Shown one piece after another: positions 20,657 through 31,037 of a DNA stretch of 64,000 nt (its first letter is position 1; each line of letters begins with the position of its first letter). Under the pieces are notes generated by a model. It saw nothing but the letters and a program-made list of their open reading frames with translations. It was not told the origin of the DNA and searched no databases. Location: the NCBI GenBank assembly GCA_963758525.1, contig CAVWVQ010000003.1:4832001-4896000 (forward strand), read 5' to 3'. This DNA is from an uncultured Phycisphaerales bacterium (GTDB lineage Bacteria > Planctomycetota > Phycisphaerae > Tepidisphaerales > Tepidisphaeraceae). Both the position numbers and the translations under genes were made by a program.

Positions 20657-21386
20657 GACGCCATCCTGATCCAGTCGCGCTCGGACCGTGAGTCCCGCAA
20701 GACCGCCTCGGCCCAATAGAGGTCGCGAACGTGATCCACTTCGACGGTCGCGCCCATTTCCACACGGATGCCGCGACGGTCGATCCCAAAGAACGCGTGC
20801 GGATCGGCAGGATTATCGTTTCCCTTCAACATCGAAGCACGCGATACCGCGACAACCGCGCCGTCGTGAAGGAACACCGGAGACAGATCCTGGCGGCGAT
20901 GGATACTCCCCGCGTGAAGCGGCTTCACGACATCGCCATCCATTTCGTGCATCCACGCGGGATGCCATTTGCCGACGGGGCAGAACGAGCGAACCGAATC
21001 GCAGCCGGTTGCCCTCAGTGTCTGCAAGGCGCCATCGATCGCGCCTTGCGGCGCACGGGAACATTGCCGTAGAGAACCACCAGGGCATCCGCCCGAAAGC
21101 CGCTGCGCGATTCGACCGTCTGCATGGCGTGCAGCATGGCGTCCTGCACCGACGCATCTGCCGTCGCCAGATGCGCGGGCCGGGCGATCGTCTCCAATCC
21201 CGCGGCCGCGGCGAGCCGACGGACCTCGGCGCAGTCGCTGGAAACAACCACCCGCGAAAGCGATCGCGCCGCCCGCGCATGGTCGAACGTGTAGGAAATG
21301 ACCGGACGGCCCAGCAGCGGGAGCAGATGCTTGCCGGCCAGGCCCTGGCTCCCCGCGCGGGCGAGGATGACGGCGAGAGTGTTCAT
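20653..21386 (-). CDS. neuA: Acylneuraminate cytidylyltransferase; frameshift near 21050
   Basis: ILARAGSQGLAGK motif, then C-terminal RRQDL..., VEVDHVRDL in another frame; ATGA overlaps with both neighbours. Confidence 0.85.
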
Positions 21387-23002
21387 GGTCGATGCCATTC
21401 GTTGCAGGTCGCGCACAGCGGGTGCGCGGCCCATTGTTTTTGTTGATGGTCGCTTCGGAGGTTTGCCAGCCCGGTGGTCCAGACCGCGGAAATCGAGTCG
21501 GTTGCGACATGGCCGAGAGTTTGAGCCGCAACAAGATCCTCCTCGCAGGAGACGATTCGGCCATCACTGAGGATGGTGATGCGCGACGCCAGACGCGAAC
21601 ACGTGCGCCGGCCGGGAGGCGTCATGTCGGCGACGCCGCTGTCGGCGATCAGCCCGCCGAACGTGCTGGGTCCGCGAAGGACGGCGCAGTTGAGCGCTTT
21701 GAGCCACTGGTCGTACCAGGCTTCCATCTCAGCGATGTTCTGCCGGCACTTGGTAAAAACCGGAACGATGATCGGAACGCCGTCGCCGCGACGCTGGCGC
21801 TGCCCCACGAAAGCCCGGATGTTTTCCAGGACGCGGGCATACGCGTCCAGCCCCATCACTTCGAAGTAGGTCGCGTCGGTGATCGCCGGCAAATGGACGG
21901 AAATAATGTCTGCCGGTCCCATGGCGAGGCTTGCGATACGGTCTCGATTTTCCCCGAGCAAATCAGTTTCAACGTGAAGAGCCCGAATACCTGCCGATCT
22001 TGCGGCATCGAGAATTTCAAACAGCTCGCGATGCAATAGCGGATCGCCCGCGCCGGCGAAGGTGACGCGGACATCGTCGGCCTGCGCAAGCTGTTGGAAA
22101 ATCGCGCGGGCTGTTGCAAGCGGGAGATCGGGCCGGCTGAACCCGCCGACGCGCGCCGGCGAGAAAATGGGATTGCTGGCGCGGCGCGTGTTCAACTCCA
22201 TCACCACTTCGCGCGGAAGCGAGTCGGTCCAATTGCACGTGCTGACGCGCTGAACGATCTCCATCGCTCCGGCGATCTGCAGTTGCCCGTTGAGGCACGC
22301 GGTCGCGTATTCCGTCCGGGCAATCTGCCGATCCGAATCGAGCACAAAACGCTCCACGGTTCGGGCGATGGCAGGAGGAACGGCAAGACAGGCGTCGGTG
22401 CCGATCATCTCGCGACTCACATGATCGGGAATGTAATGCAGGAGCCGTCCGGCATGCAGTTTCGTCGCGGCCAGGCGCTTCAGCAGGGGGATGCGAAGCA
22501 GCGCGCCGCACAAGCCCGGCGCCGCCGCGGAGAAGATGATCTCCTGGTCGCGATGCGCATCGGCATGAGCAATCAGCTCGTCCGCCAGCATCGGATCGAC
22601 CAGAGCCGCCGCCGGGTCAATGAGCAGCACGCCTTCGCTTTCCACCCGCGCCGCAAGCTCCAGCACCCACGGGGCATAAAAGCCGATGTCAAACGCGCAG
22701 GTTCCCAGCAATCCTCCGCGCCAACCGTCGGCCCAGCGCCGCGATGCGGAAACGGCCTCGATCTGACTGATGCGCGAGCGCGGTCCCTTGGCGAGGACAA
22801 ACGCGCCGATCTCGTCGGCGATGCCCGCAATGCGCGGAAGCTGATCCTCCCAGCAGAGCACCGCCGCCGATGAAAGCTGCCGGCTCATCGAGAGCCGGCG
22901 CAGCGTCCATTCAACGACCGGCAGATCGCGAAACAGCCGCGTGCCGCTGTGCCGATCCGGACCTTCGTGCAGGAGCGAGACAATAGCGGAAATGTTGCTC
23001 AC
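21383..23002 (-). CDS. Cytidylyltransferase-like / degenerate radical SAM / SPASM fusion protein
   Basis: GTG start overlaps the maf stop; SpsF-like N-terminus; ELNTRRASNPIFSP in place of CxxxCxxC; AGDPLLH; SPASM CSRL...SCEED...CATCNEW. Confidence 0.75.
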   Translation of the reverse strand: MSNISAIVSLLHEGPDRHSGTRLFRDLPVVEWTLRRLSMSRQLSSAAVLCWEDQLPRIAGIADEIGAFVLAKGPRSRISQIEAVSASRRWADGWRGGLLGTCAFDIGFYAPWVLELAARVESEGVLLIDPAAALVDPMLADELIAHADAHRDQEIIFSAAAPGLCGALLRIPLLKRLAATKLHAGRLLHYIPDHVSREMIGTDACLAVPPAIARTVERFVLDSDRQIARTEYATACLNGQLQIAGAMEIVQRVSTCNWTDSLPREVVMELNTRRASNPIFSPARVGGFSRPDLPLATARAIFQQLAQADDVRVTFAGAGDPLLHRELFEILDAARSAGIRALHVETDLLGENRDRIASLAMGPADIISVHLPAITDATYFEVMGLDAYARVLENIRAFVGQRQRRGDGVPIIVPVFTKCRQNIAEMEAWYDQWLKALNCAVLRGPSTFGGLIADSGVADMTPPGRRTCSRLASRITILSDGRIVSCEEDLVAAQTLGHVATDSISAVWTTGLANLRSDHQQKQWAAHPLCATCNEWHRP

Positions 23003-24924
23003 GCCGCCTCCTTGAGAGACGCCGCCAGATTCGCAGTCACGTCGTCCATCAGCTTCTGAAAGTCGCGGGCGGCCTGCATGACGCCCAGCACATTTTCGAT
23101 GTCGCGCTCGACCTGCAGCCGCTGGCGATCCCTTCCGCAAACGCGCGAGGCCGCGATTTTCCGGTCGGCTTCGAACCGCTTGAGCTCTGTCGGTTGCGTG
23201 AGCTGGGTCACCAGGTCGTAGCATCTGCCAAGATCGTTCATCCGCTGGCGCAGCGCGTCGATCGCCGCAATCGCGCGATTGACGCGCGGCTGCGAGTCGA
23301 GATGGTCGCGAATCTCCTTGAGCAGCGGCAGCGTCTGCTCGCTGATCGACTCGATGGCGGCGGCTTCCTCCCTGCGTTTTGCGAGTGAACTGGCGCAGGC
23401 TGCAAGCCGGGTCCAGCTCAGTCCGGGATGGGGCGGGGCGGAGCCGGTCAATTCGCGCCGGCAAAAACGATCGCGTGCTTCAACGAGCGTCATCGGCGTG
23501 CAGCCCGCTTTGGCGGCGCCCCCTTCGGTGGCATCGATGATGCGCATGCGCGTCTTGAGGAAATCGCGCTCGAACTGCTGGAGGTAGCTGAAGAGCCGCT
23601 CTTCGGTGTACATCGGGCGGCCCTGATAATCGGTGATCTTGCGCAGGATGAATCGCTCGCGAACGATTTGGTCCCACTGCTTCATCTCGACGGAGCAGAA
23701 TCGCGACAGTTCCGGCCGCCAGACGTCTTCGTAACTGGTTCCGGGGGCGTAGCAGAGGCCGTCGCTGAAGCCCAGATCCTGGCCGACGAAGATGATCGGG
23801 TCGCACCCCATGTACTCGGCGAGGTAGTAGGCCAGATGCGCCACCGTCGCCCCGGGCGGAATCACCGCATGTTGCAGATTCATCTCATGAAGGAGACCTT
23901 CGGCGAAGTCGTTCCCAAGCACCGACAACGGGCCGGGGTTCAGTTCGAAAATGGCGTTGTTCGCCTTGGGCTCGGCAACCAGCTCGGTCTTGAGGTGAGC
24001 CGGAAGTTTCTCGAAGAAGCGCGTGCAGATTTCATGATAGTCCAGCGACGTCACGAACTGCGGCTCGATCCCCATCTCCAGTAGCGGTTGCAGAGTCGTC
24101 TGCACCGCCACGATCACCGCCCGGCCCTGCAGGTCTTTGAGCAGGTGTTTGTTTTTTCGCAGCGACGGCCCAGCCGAGACAATGATCGCCGGGTCCCCTT
24201 TGTGGCAGTCGCACAGGCGGGCGAGGGAGGGAGAGGCGGCGTACCAGCCGACGTTTTTCGCGATGTTCTCGGCGGTGCGCCGACTGTTGAGCACCAGCGT
24301 GTTCATGCTGGTTTGCCTGAACGAGGCAAACTCCTCCAGCCAGATCCGGACCTGCTCATAGAACGGCCCGGCCGTCTGCTGGCTGGGCGCATGGACGATC
24401 GTTTCGACCCCGACCGACAGCAGCGCGGTGTGCGGATTGAGGCGGGTGAGTAGTTCGGATTTGTCCAGCGACGTGAAGAAGAATAGCCGGCGGCTGTCGA
24501 GCAAGCGCGACAGATCGCGCGACTCCAGCGCCGTCCGCAGCAGACGCAGATCCGCTTCGAATATGCAGAAGATTGCTTCGTCGCCGGCTCGCTCGAACAG
24601 GGCCTCGACGTGATAACCGAGCCCGAAGCCGAGCACGAAATAGGCTGCCTTCCCGGCTGCATCGATCGGATCGACCAGCTTCGCGGCGTCTGCGACTGGA
24701 TCGAATCGGCTGTGAAGATAGATCCGCCCTCCGTCGGACCTGGCGATCGCGACAGTTGGAGGCCCCGATTTTGAAGGTTCGGTCGGATAACCGCCCGGCT
24801 CGGGCAACGCTTCTATCAGCGCCGCCAGCCTCGGCTCATTCACCCACAGCGAAGCAAGATTCGCCAGATAGGGCGCATCTTGCGGAAGGATGAATCGGGT
24901 TGAATCGTCACTGCTTGCGGTCAT
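22999..24924 (-). CDS. Motility-associated factor (Maf, DUF115) glycosyltransferase
   Basis: YLHSRFDP, GFGLGYH, IIVSAGPSL, GATVAHLAYYLAEYMGCDPIIFVGQDL, IIDATEGGA. Confidence 0.88.
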   Translation of the reverse strand: MTASSDDSTRFILPQDAPYLANLASLWVNEPRLAALIEALPEPGGYPTEPSKSGPPTVAIARSDGGRIYLHSRFDPVADAAKLVDPIDAAGKAAYFVLGFGLGYHVEALFERAGDEAIFCIFEADLRLLRTALESRDLSRLLDSRRLFFFTSLDKSELLTRLNPHTALLSVGVETIVHAPSQQTAGPFYEQVRIWLEEFASFRQTSMNTLVLNSRRTAENIAKNVGWYAASPSLARLCDCHKGDPAIIVSAGPSLRKNKHLLKDLQGRAVIVAVQTTLQPLLEMGIEPQFVTSLDYHEICTRFFEKLPAHLKTELVAEPKANNAIFELNPGPLSVLGNDFAEGLLHEMNLQHAVIPPGATVAHLAYYLAEYMGCDPIIFVGQDLGFSDGLCYAPGTSYEDVWRPELSRFCSVEMKQWDQIVRERFILRKITDYQGRPMYTEERLFSYLQQFERDFLKTRMRIIDATEGGAAKAGCTPMTLVEARDRFCRRELTGSAPPHPGLSWTRLAACASSLAKRREEAAAIESISEQTLPLLKEIRDHLDSQPRVNRAIAAIDALRQRMNDLGRCYDLVTQLTQPTELKRFEADRKIAASRVCGRDRQRLQVERDIENVLGVMQAARDFQKLMDDVTANLAASLKEAA

Positions 24925-25008
24925 TGGCGCACAGGGGTAGCGTTACCCAGTCTTGTTTATCGGACGTGGGGGCGGGAAATAGTGAGTGGTTCCCTTCTTG
25001 GGAGCAGA

Positions 25009-25292
25009 ATGCGGATCGAGCAACTGATTTGGCCAGCAGAAAGGGTTGAACACATCGCCCGGCATGGCGTGACGCCTGAAGAAGTCGAAGAAGCGTGCTT
25101 CGGAGCACCCTTCGTACGCAGAGGAAAATCCCGGGTGAAAATCCGGTATATTATGTTCTGGGACAAAGTGATGCTGGTCGTTGCCTCTTCTGCGTCGTGA
25201 TCGGCTTCCCCGATGGCAACGGATATCCGGTGACCGCGCGGGAAATGACCAAGAATGAGAAGCGTCGCTACCGCAAATGGAAAAACGGATGA
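25009..25292 (+). CDS. BrnT-family type II toxin; frameshift near 25130
   Basis: HIARHGVTPEEVEE followed in another frame by YYVLGQSDAGR...PVTAREM. Confidence 0.8.
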
Positions 25293-25573
25293 AGAAGATC
25301 AAACTGCCAAAAACCGATTCTATCCAGAAGTTGGCCCAGTTCTGGGATACCCATGACCTGACCAGCTTCGAAGATGAGTTGGAGGAACTCAAGAGGCCAG
25401 TTTTCGCGCGTGTGGCTCCTACTCTCGAAATTAAGCTGTCTCTGGACGCCCGCGAAACCAAGGCGCTTGAACAAATCGCTCATGCCAGCGGTCTGTCAAT
25501 TGAAGAACTGGTTCGCACATGGGTGCAAAAGAAATTGCCCGTCCGGGCAATTGATTATCGAAGACAATCATGA
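25277..25573 (+). CDS. CopG/BrnA-like antitoxin
   Basis: LPKTDSIQKLAQFWDTHDLT and C-terminal RHH-like segment; overlaps the toxin end. Confidence 0.75.
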   Translation: MEKRMKKIKLPKTDSIQKLAQFWDTHDLTSFEDELEELKRPVFARVAPTLEIKLSLDARETKALEQIAHASGLSIEELVRTWVQKKLPVRAIDYRRQS

Positions 25574-25623
25574 CGCGGAGCACAACCGCGCACGTCCAAA
25601 TCCACACGATTAAGATTGGCGAT

Positions 25624-26219
25624 ATGAGCGGGGACCTTCTTTTCGATACTCCCTGGTGGCTGCCGGTGCTGATCGTGGCGATCGGTACCTTCGTTTTTGT
25701 CAGCGGAAATCGAAGACAGCAGTCCGGGACGCGCAACGCCGGGGCCGGCATTATTCTCCTTGCGATCCTGATCGTTCTCATGACGATTTTCGTCGACACT
25801 CCCAAAAAAATCGCGCGCCGGGAGTCGCGGCAGCTGGTTCAGGCAGCCGTTGATGGAGACTGGACGACGTTCCAGTCGTTGCTGGCGCCCGACGCGAGCC
25901 TGCGCATGCTGACGTCGCCGACGCTCTATGCCGATGCAAAGGAATTGACCGCTGCCGCCAGGATCGGAACGCAGCGCGTCCACCTCAGGGAAGCCCACAT
26001 TCGCTCGCTGGAAGTGACCGAAAGCGCTTCATTGGTAACCGCCACGCTCGCGATCCTGACCGAGCAGGATGACGCCGCTGCCCCGGTGATTCAGAGCACC
26101 TGGCAGTTTGATTTCGAGCAAACGGGAGGCGCTGGCGCATTCACGAGGTCCGGGCGATTCAGATCGGGGAGATGAGCGGAGACAACGCGGAGGAGTTTAT
26201 GCCGAAGGTGGGGAAGTGA
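25624..26219 (+). CDS. Membrane protein with two TM helices and an NTF2/SnoaL-like C-terminal domain; frameshift near 26130
   Basis: Hydrophobic segments; continuation WRIHEVRAIQIG in a shifted frame. Confidence 0.55.
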
Positions 26220-26221
26220 AG

Positions 26222-26371
26222 GGGAAGGGGGGAAAGGCACCAAGGCACGCAGGCACGCAGGCACGAAGGGGAGGAAAAGTTTGATCGCGTCACATGGCTC
26301 AGCACAAAAATCCCCTTCCTTCCCTACGTGCCTTCGTGCCTATGTGCCTTCGTGCCTTTCCCCCGCTTCCC
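26222..26371. repeat. Inverted arrays of AGGCACGA-like octamer repeats forming a long hairpin
   Basis: Four octamer units at 26235-26266 mirrored by four reverse-complement units at ~26325-26357, with complementary flanks. Confidence 0.8.
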
Positions 26372-26482
26372 GTCGTGCCGTTCCCCGCCACTCGTTCCAA
26401 TAACCATTGACCCGCCCGACATGTTGATCGGCTTCCCTGCTGCGCGTACCATCCGGCGCTCTTGCGAAGAACGAGGAGACGA

Positions 26483-27223
26483 ATGGCGACATCGGATTCA
26501 AAAATGGAAGAACTTGCCCGGCTTCAGGTCGGGGGGAACGTAATGTATCCGCCTGCGGTCGGATATCCGACCCGCGGACCGGTGGCGATGCCGATGGCAA
26601 TGCCCGGACCGGGTGGCGGCGGCGGCTACAACCGCTATCGGGAGATGACGCTCGAGGAAATGCTCCTCGAAAACCGCGTCGTCTTTCTGATTGGCGAGAT
26701 CAATCATGTCACCGCCTCGCGAGTCATCATGCAGATTCTTTATCTGCAGAGCGTGAAGCGCGATCAGGACATCAACCTGTACATCAACAGCCCCGGCGGT
26801 GTCGTCGACGACACGCTGGCGATGTATGACATCATGCGGTTTGTGACGTGTGACATTGCCACCTATTGCATCGGCCGGGCCGAGAGCGGCGGGGCGATCG
26901 TCTTCATGGCGGGCAAGAAGGGAAAGCGATACATCCTTCCCAACGCCAAGGTGATGATCCATCAGCCGTTTGGCGGAGTGTACGGACAGACCGCCGACAT
27001 CGAGATCCAGGCCGAAGAGATCCTTAAGACCAAGAACAACCTGATCGACATCATCTCCAAATGCACGGGACAGTCGACCGATCGCGTCCGCGAAGACAGT
27101 GAGCGCGATCGGTTCTTCGACGCCAAGCAGGCGGTCGAGTACGGCATTTGCGACGAAGTGATCGGGGAGGAGTCCGCGGCGAAGGTTGCTGAGGCGGCGG
27201 CGGACGCAACCAAACCCAAGTAA
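26483..27223 (+). CDS. clpP: ATP-dependent Clp protease proteolytic subunit, paralog 1
   Basis: YINSPGG, GRAESGG (Ser), MIHQP (His), ERDRFF (Asp). Confidence 0.93.
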   Translation: MATSDSKMEELARLQVGGNVMYPPAVGYPTRGPVAMPMAMPGPGGGGGYNRYREMTLEEMLLENRVVFLIGEINHVTASRVIMQILYLQSVKRDQDINLYINSPGGVVDDTLAMYDIMRFVTCDIATYCIGRAESGGAIVFMAGKKGKRYILPNAKVMIHQPFGGVYGQTADIEIQAEEILKTKNNLIDIISKCTGQSTDRVREDSERDRFFDAKQAVEYGICDEVIGEESAAKVAEAAADATKPK

Positions 27224-27301
27224 ACTCCAGCGGGACCTGGGGCAACCCTTGATGATTGCCTGCGAAGGAACGGCGCTCTTCTTACTGCGGCGGCGTAAAA
27301 A

Positions 27302-27949
27302 ATGCAGAATACACTGATCCCCATCGTTATCGAAAAATCCGGTCGCGGAGAACGCGCGTATGACATTTACTCGCGATTGCTCAAGGACCGAATCATTATC
27401 CTCGGCGGTCCCGTCACCGACGACTCGGCGAACGCGATTATCGCGCAGATGCTGTTTCTCTCGAACGACGATCCGAAGAACGACATTCAGTTCTACATCA
27501 ACTCGCCGGGCGGCAGCGTCTCGGCGGGGCTTGGAATCATCGACACGATGCGATTCCTCCGCTGCGACGTTGCCACCACCTGCATCGGCATGGCCGCAAG
27601 CATGGGCGCGTGTCTGCTGGCGGCGGGTACCAAGGGGAAGCGCTCCGTGCTGGAAAATTCGCAGGTCATGCTGCATCAGCCGCTCATTGGCGGCGTGCTG
27701 CAGGGACCGGCCACCGATCTGGGCATCGAAGCGCAGCATATGATCCGGCTGCGCAACCGTCTGTACAAACTGATGTCTGACTTCACCGGCAAATCCGCCG
27801 ACACCATTCACCGCGACTTCGACCGCAATAAATGGCTGTTTGCCGATGAAGCAGTTGCGTACGGCGTTGCCGATCGCGTGATGAACCAGGCCCCGGATGC
27901 CGCGCCGCGTCCCGTGTCCGAGGGCGGCGAAGAAGAAAAGGTCTCGTGA
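27302..27949 (+). CDS. clpP: ATP-dependent Clp protease proteolytic subunit, paralog 2
   Basis: [36 protein letters not shown]. Confidence 0.96.
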   Translation: MQNTLIPIVIEKSGRGERAYDIYSRLLKDRIIILGGPVTDDSANAIIAQMLFLSNDDPKNDIQFYINSPGGSVSAGLGIIDTMRFLRCDVATTCIGMAASMGACLLAAGTKGKRSVLENSQVMLHQPLIGGVLQGPATDLGIEAQHMIRLRNRLYKLMSDFTGKSADTIHRDFDRNKWLFADEAVAYGVADRVMNQAPDAAPRPVSEGGEEEKVS

Positions 27950-27983
27950 GCCGTGCGATAGCAATCGCGCAGAACGGTCTGCG

Positions 27984-28052
27984 GTAGGGCGGGATTGATC
28001 CCGCCGTGGGCTGAGGTCTTGCGGAAAATCGGCGGGATGAATCCCGCCCTAC
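27984..28052. repeat. GTAG-family REP doublet downstream of clpP
   Basis: Same unit as 4477-4544. Confidence 0.85.
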
Positions 28053-28074
28053 TCATGCACTGGCGCTGTAATTC

Positions 28075-28725
28075 ATGCGCTTAATCTCCTCCACCCTGGC
28101 GCTGACGCTGATCGGCGCAACGTTAGCGATCAGTAGCGCGGGCTGCGGCACGCCAAATCAGGCCAACATCGCGCTGCGCAAGCAAAACCAGCAGCTTCAA
28201 ATCGAACTCGATCAACTCCGCAAGCAGCAGGCGATGGCCGCCCAGCAGATCGCGGGATTGCAGGCTCGCGACCTCACCGAGCCGACGCTGCCGCCGGAAC
28301 AGCTCGCGAAACTGGTCACAACGCATGGCATCCGCCTGGGCCGCCTGACCGGCGGCGAGGACATCGACCCCGACAAGCCGGGCGACGAGGGATTGAAAGT
28401 GTTCGTTATTCCGTACGATGATTCCGGCCAGGAGATCAAGGCCGCGGGCACGATCAGCGTTGAGGCGTTCGATCTCGCCGCGAAGGACCCGCGGCTGGGG
28501 AAATGGGACTTTACTCTCGAACAGGCAAAGCAAAACTGGTACGGCCAGTTCCTGGTGGACTATTATTATGCGGTGGTCTGCCCCTGGCAGACGGTTCCGC
28601 GGCACGCGGATGTGACGATCAAAGTGACATTCGTGGATGAACTGACGAAGCTGCCGTTTACGACGCAGAAGGTGGTGCGTGTGATGCTGCCTCCCACCCC
28701 GACGAGCCAGCCGTCGGCGCAGTGA
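28075..28725 (+). CDS. Putative lipoprotein with coiled coil
   Basis: Signal peptide ending SAGC (lipobox-like); Gln-rich coiled coil. Confidence 0.65.
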   Translation: MRLISSTLALTLIGATLAISSAGCGTPNQANIALRKQNQQLQIELDQLRKQQAMAAQQIAGLQARDLTEPTLPPEQLAKLVTTHGIRLGRLTGGEDIDPDKPGDEGLKVFVIPYDDSGQEIKAAGTISVEAFDLAAKDPRLGKWDFTLEQAKQNWYGQFLVDYYYAVVCPWQTVPRHADVTIKVTFVDELTKLPFTTQKVVRVMLPPTPTSQPSAQ

Positions 28726-28786
28726 GTCGCCGGTGGGGTCCTAGGCTTCGCTGGAAGCCTGCACCGCAAAAAAGGCGTAACGTGTT

Positions 28787-29437
28787 ATGGACGATGATCG
28801 CCCGATCGATCGCCGGCGATTTTTCCGTGAAGGATTGCGCGGGCTGCTGCGTCCCCTTTCCTCGGCGGTGCGCCCGCTGGAGAATATCGCCCATCAGATC
28901 GGCAAGCTCGATCCCCCGGCCGCTCCCATCGTTTCGCGGAAATCCGCTGCTCCTGTCGTTGAATACTGGCTGCGTCCGCCCGGCGCGCTGGAAGAGAAGG
29001 AATTGCGCGATACTTGCAGCCGGTGCGGCGACTGCGTTCGAGCTTGCCCGGTGAACGCGATCCAGATTGATGCCAGCGGCGAGCAGGGTGCAGGGTTGCC
29101 GTACATTGATGCCAGCACGTCGGCGTGCGTGGTGTGCGATGAATTGGCCTGCATGAACAAATGTCCGACCGGAGCATTGCGGCTCGTGCCGCGCGAAGAA
29201 ATCAACATGGGGACCGCGTTCGTACGCGAGGCAACATGTCTCCGTACGGTCGGGCAGGACTGCACGATCTGCGTCGATCATTGCCCGATGGGCTCGGCCG
29301 CGCTTGGATTGCTTGACGGCCGCGTCCGCGTGATTGAAGACGGCTGCACCGGCTGCGGCCGTTGCGAGCATGAGTGCCCGACGCAGCCAAAGAGCATCGT
29401 CGTCGAACCGCGATCGAAGCGGATTTCGCTGATTTAA
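28787..29437 (+). CDS. MauM/NapG-family 4Fe-4S ferredoxin
   Basis: RRRFF, LRPPGA, four Cys-cluster motifs (CSRCGDCVRACP etc.). Confidence 0.9.
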   Translation: MDDDRPIDRRRFFREGLRGLLRPLSSAVRPLENIAHQIGKLDPPAAPIVSRKSAAPVVEYWLRPPGALEEKELRDTCSRCGDCVRACPVNAIQIDASGEQGAGLPYIDASTSACVVCDELACMNKCPTGALRLVPREEINMGTAFVREATCLRTVGQDCTICVDHCPMGSAALGLLDGRVRVIEDGCTGCGRCEHECPTQPKSIVVEPRSKRISLI

Positions 29438-29615
29438 CTGATTTAACTGGTTATTATTGAGGAGCGGCGATGCGAAGCCGCGAGCGGCGGACGGGGCGCC
29501 GCCCGGCTTGCCGCTTCGCATCACGGATCACCAATCAACGTCTAATATTGCCAAGGTGACCAGTCTCCCTCAGAGCAACTTTTCCCCTCCGCTGGTACTC
29601 CAGCGGAGGGGAAAA

Positions 29616-30383
29616 TCACCGATTCGCGTACATCAGATTCCGCATGCCGATCCAGTATGTATAGAACAGATAGATTGCCGCGACGATCGCTGTCGCCCCC
29701 AGCGTGTAGATATAGTGCAGGTCATGCGACGCGGCATCAATGTACCGGCGTTGCACCAGCTCGTGGAACCCCAACACAACGAGACAGGTCACGATTGCGA
29801 CCGGCAGATAGTGGGCCGCGTGATACCGCAGCGCCCGGCGCACGACCGGCAGCGGCATTCGCAAGCCGCGGTAGGTTGCCTCCCAGTGCGTGAGACGTGC
29901 GGCGATGAGGGTGACGCCGGCGAGCGTGACAAATGTCAGGATGGCCAACAGCACACAACTCACGCCCCACGGGAAAACCCTGGGACGCCCCGTCAACGTC
30001 AGCAGCCATTCGAAATGCACCGCGCCGGCCGCGCCAAGGAGCAGCGAAGCGATGGCGCCGTGGATCAGCGCGAAGCTTCCGGAGCGATCTTCCGGCACAT
30101 GAATCGCAAGGGAGCGGAAGAATTGCGAGGGAACGAAGATCACCTGCAATGTCGTCGCGAGGAACGCCCGCCAGTCGCGCGTCAGGGTCTGCTCCCACGC
30201 CGATGGCGCCCGCAGGGAGGGGCTGCTCTCGGCGATCAGCCCGCCGCACTCGGGGCAACGCCCGTCGGGCGGCAGGTTATTGAGAACGTAACCACATTGC
30301 TCGCAAAGGAGATCCAGCTCAGAAGGGCTCATTGACGCACGCGACATCAGGATATGGTATGATACCTGCCAGCGGAAAGTCAC
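29616..30383 (-). CDS. Zinc-ribbon membrane protein
   Basis: CEQCGY...CPECG followed by several TM helices. Confidence 0.7.
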   Translation of the reverse strand: MTFRWQVSYHILMSRASMSPSELDLLCEQCGYVLNNLPPDGRCPECGGLIAESSPSLRAPSAWEQTLTRDWRAFLATTLQVIFVPSQFFRSLAIHVPEDRSGSFALIHGAIASLLLGAAGAVHFEWLLTLTGRPRVFPWGVSCVLLAILTFVTLAGVTLIAARLTHWEATYRGLRMPLPVVRRALRYHAAHYLPVAIVTCLVVLGFHELVQRRYIDAASHDLHYIYTLGATAIVAAIYLFYTYWIGMRNLMYANR

Positions 30384-30413
30384 TTTGCGACGCCCGGTTG
30401 AACCGGAGCTGAC

Positions 30414-31037
30414 ATGTCAGGAACGCGATCTACATTGCGAGCAGCCATCACCGGCATCTGTGTTGTCGTCTCGACGATGGCGGGGTGCGAGAAATCCCCG
30501 GCGCCTGCGCCGGTTGCTGCCGTTGTCGCGACGCCAGCGTCGCAGCCCGCGACGGCGCCCGCCACCGAACCGGCGACTCAGCCGGCCCTGACCTCACTGC
30601 TGATCAATCAACTGTTCAGACAATTTCCCGGCGCCCGCCTGCGCATTGAGACGGCTGACGACCATGTCACCGCGATCCTCTACAGTTCCGATCCTCCCGC
30701 GGCAATCAACGACGACTACACCGGCAACAGCTACTACCTGAAGATGCCGCTCGAAGATGTGAAGAACCCAGCCGCCATCGACGGCGCCCAATGGCGGTTT
30801 AAATCCATCAGCAGCGATCGTTCCGACAGCAACGACGGAATCTTCCTGAACGGCTTCCGCCATCAGTTGCAGCCGATCGACCTGCTCGTTCGCTTCGAAT
30901 CCGCCGGCTCCCGCATTCGCGTTCGTCTCGCCGGGGAGTTTATGGACTACGACAATTCTGCCCCGCATCAGCCGGGAATGCTGACGACCGTCAGCGGAGA
31001 GATCCTCGCCGAAGTTGACGCTTTACAGAAGCAGTAG
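30414..31037 (+). CDS. Putative lipoprotein
   Basis: Signal peptide ending MAGC; Pro/Ala/Thr-rich linker (ATQP). Confidence 0.65.
   Translation: MSGTRSTLRAAITGICVVVSTMAGCEKSPAPAPVAAVVATPASQPATAPATEPATQPALTSLLINQLFRQFPGARLRIETADDHVTAILYSSDPPAAINDDYTGNSYYLKMPLEDVKNPAAIDGAQWRFKSISSDRSDSNDGIFLNGFRHQLQPIDLLVRFESAGSRIRVRLAGEFMDYDNSAPHQPGMLTTVSGEILAEVDALQKQ

Noticed and set aside
23003..23464. N-terminal extension of the 693-aa radical-SAM-like ORF
   Set aside because: Overlaps maf in another frame; the GTG at 23002 coupled to the maf stop is the more plausible start
28787..29437. Ferredoxin as a substitute for the missing sdhB
   Set aside because: It has MauM/NapG-type motifs, lacks the SdhB 2Fe-2S domain, and is on the opposite strand several genes away
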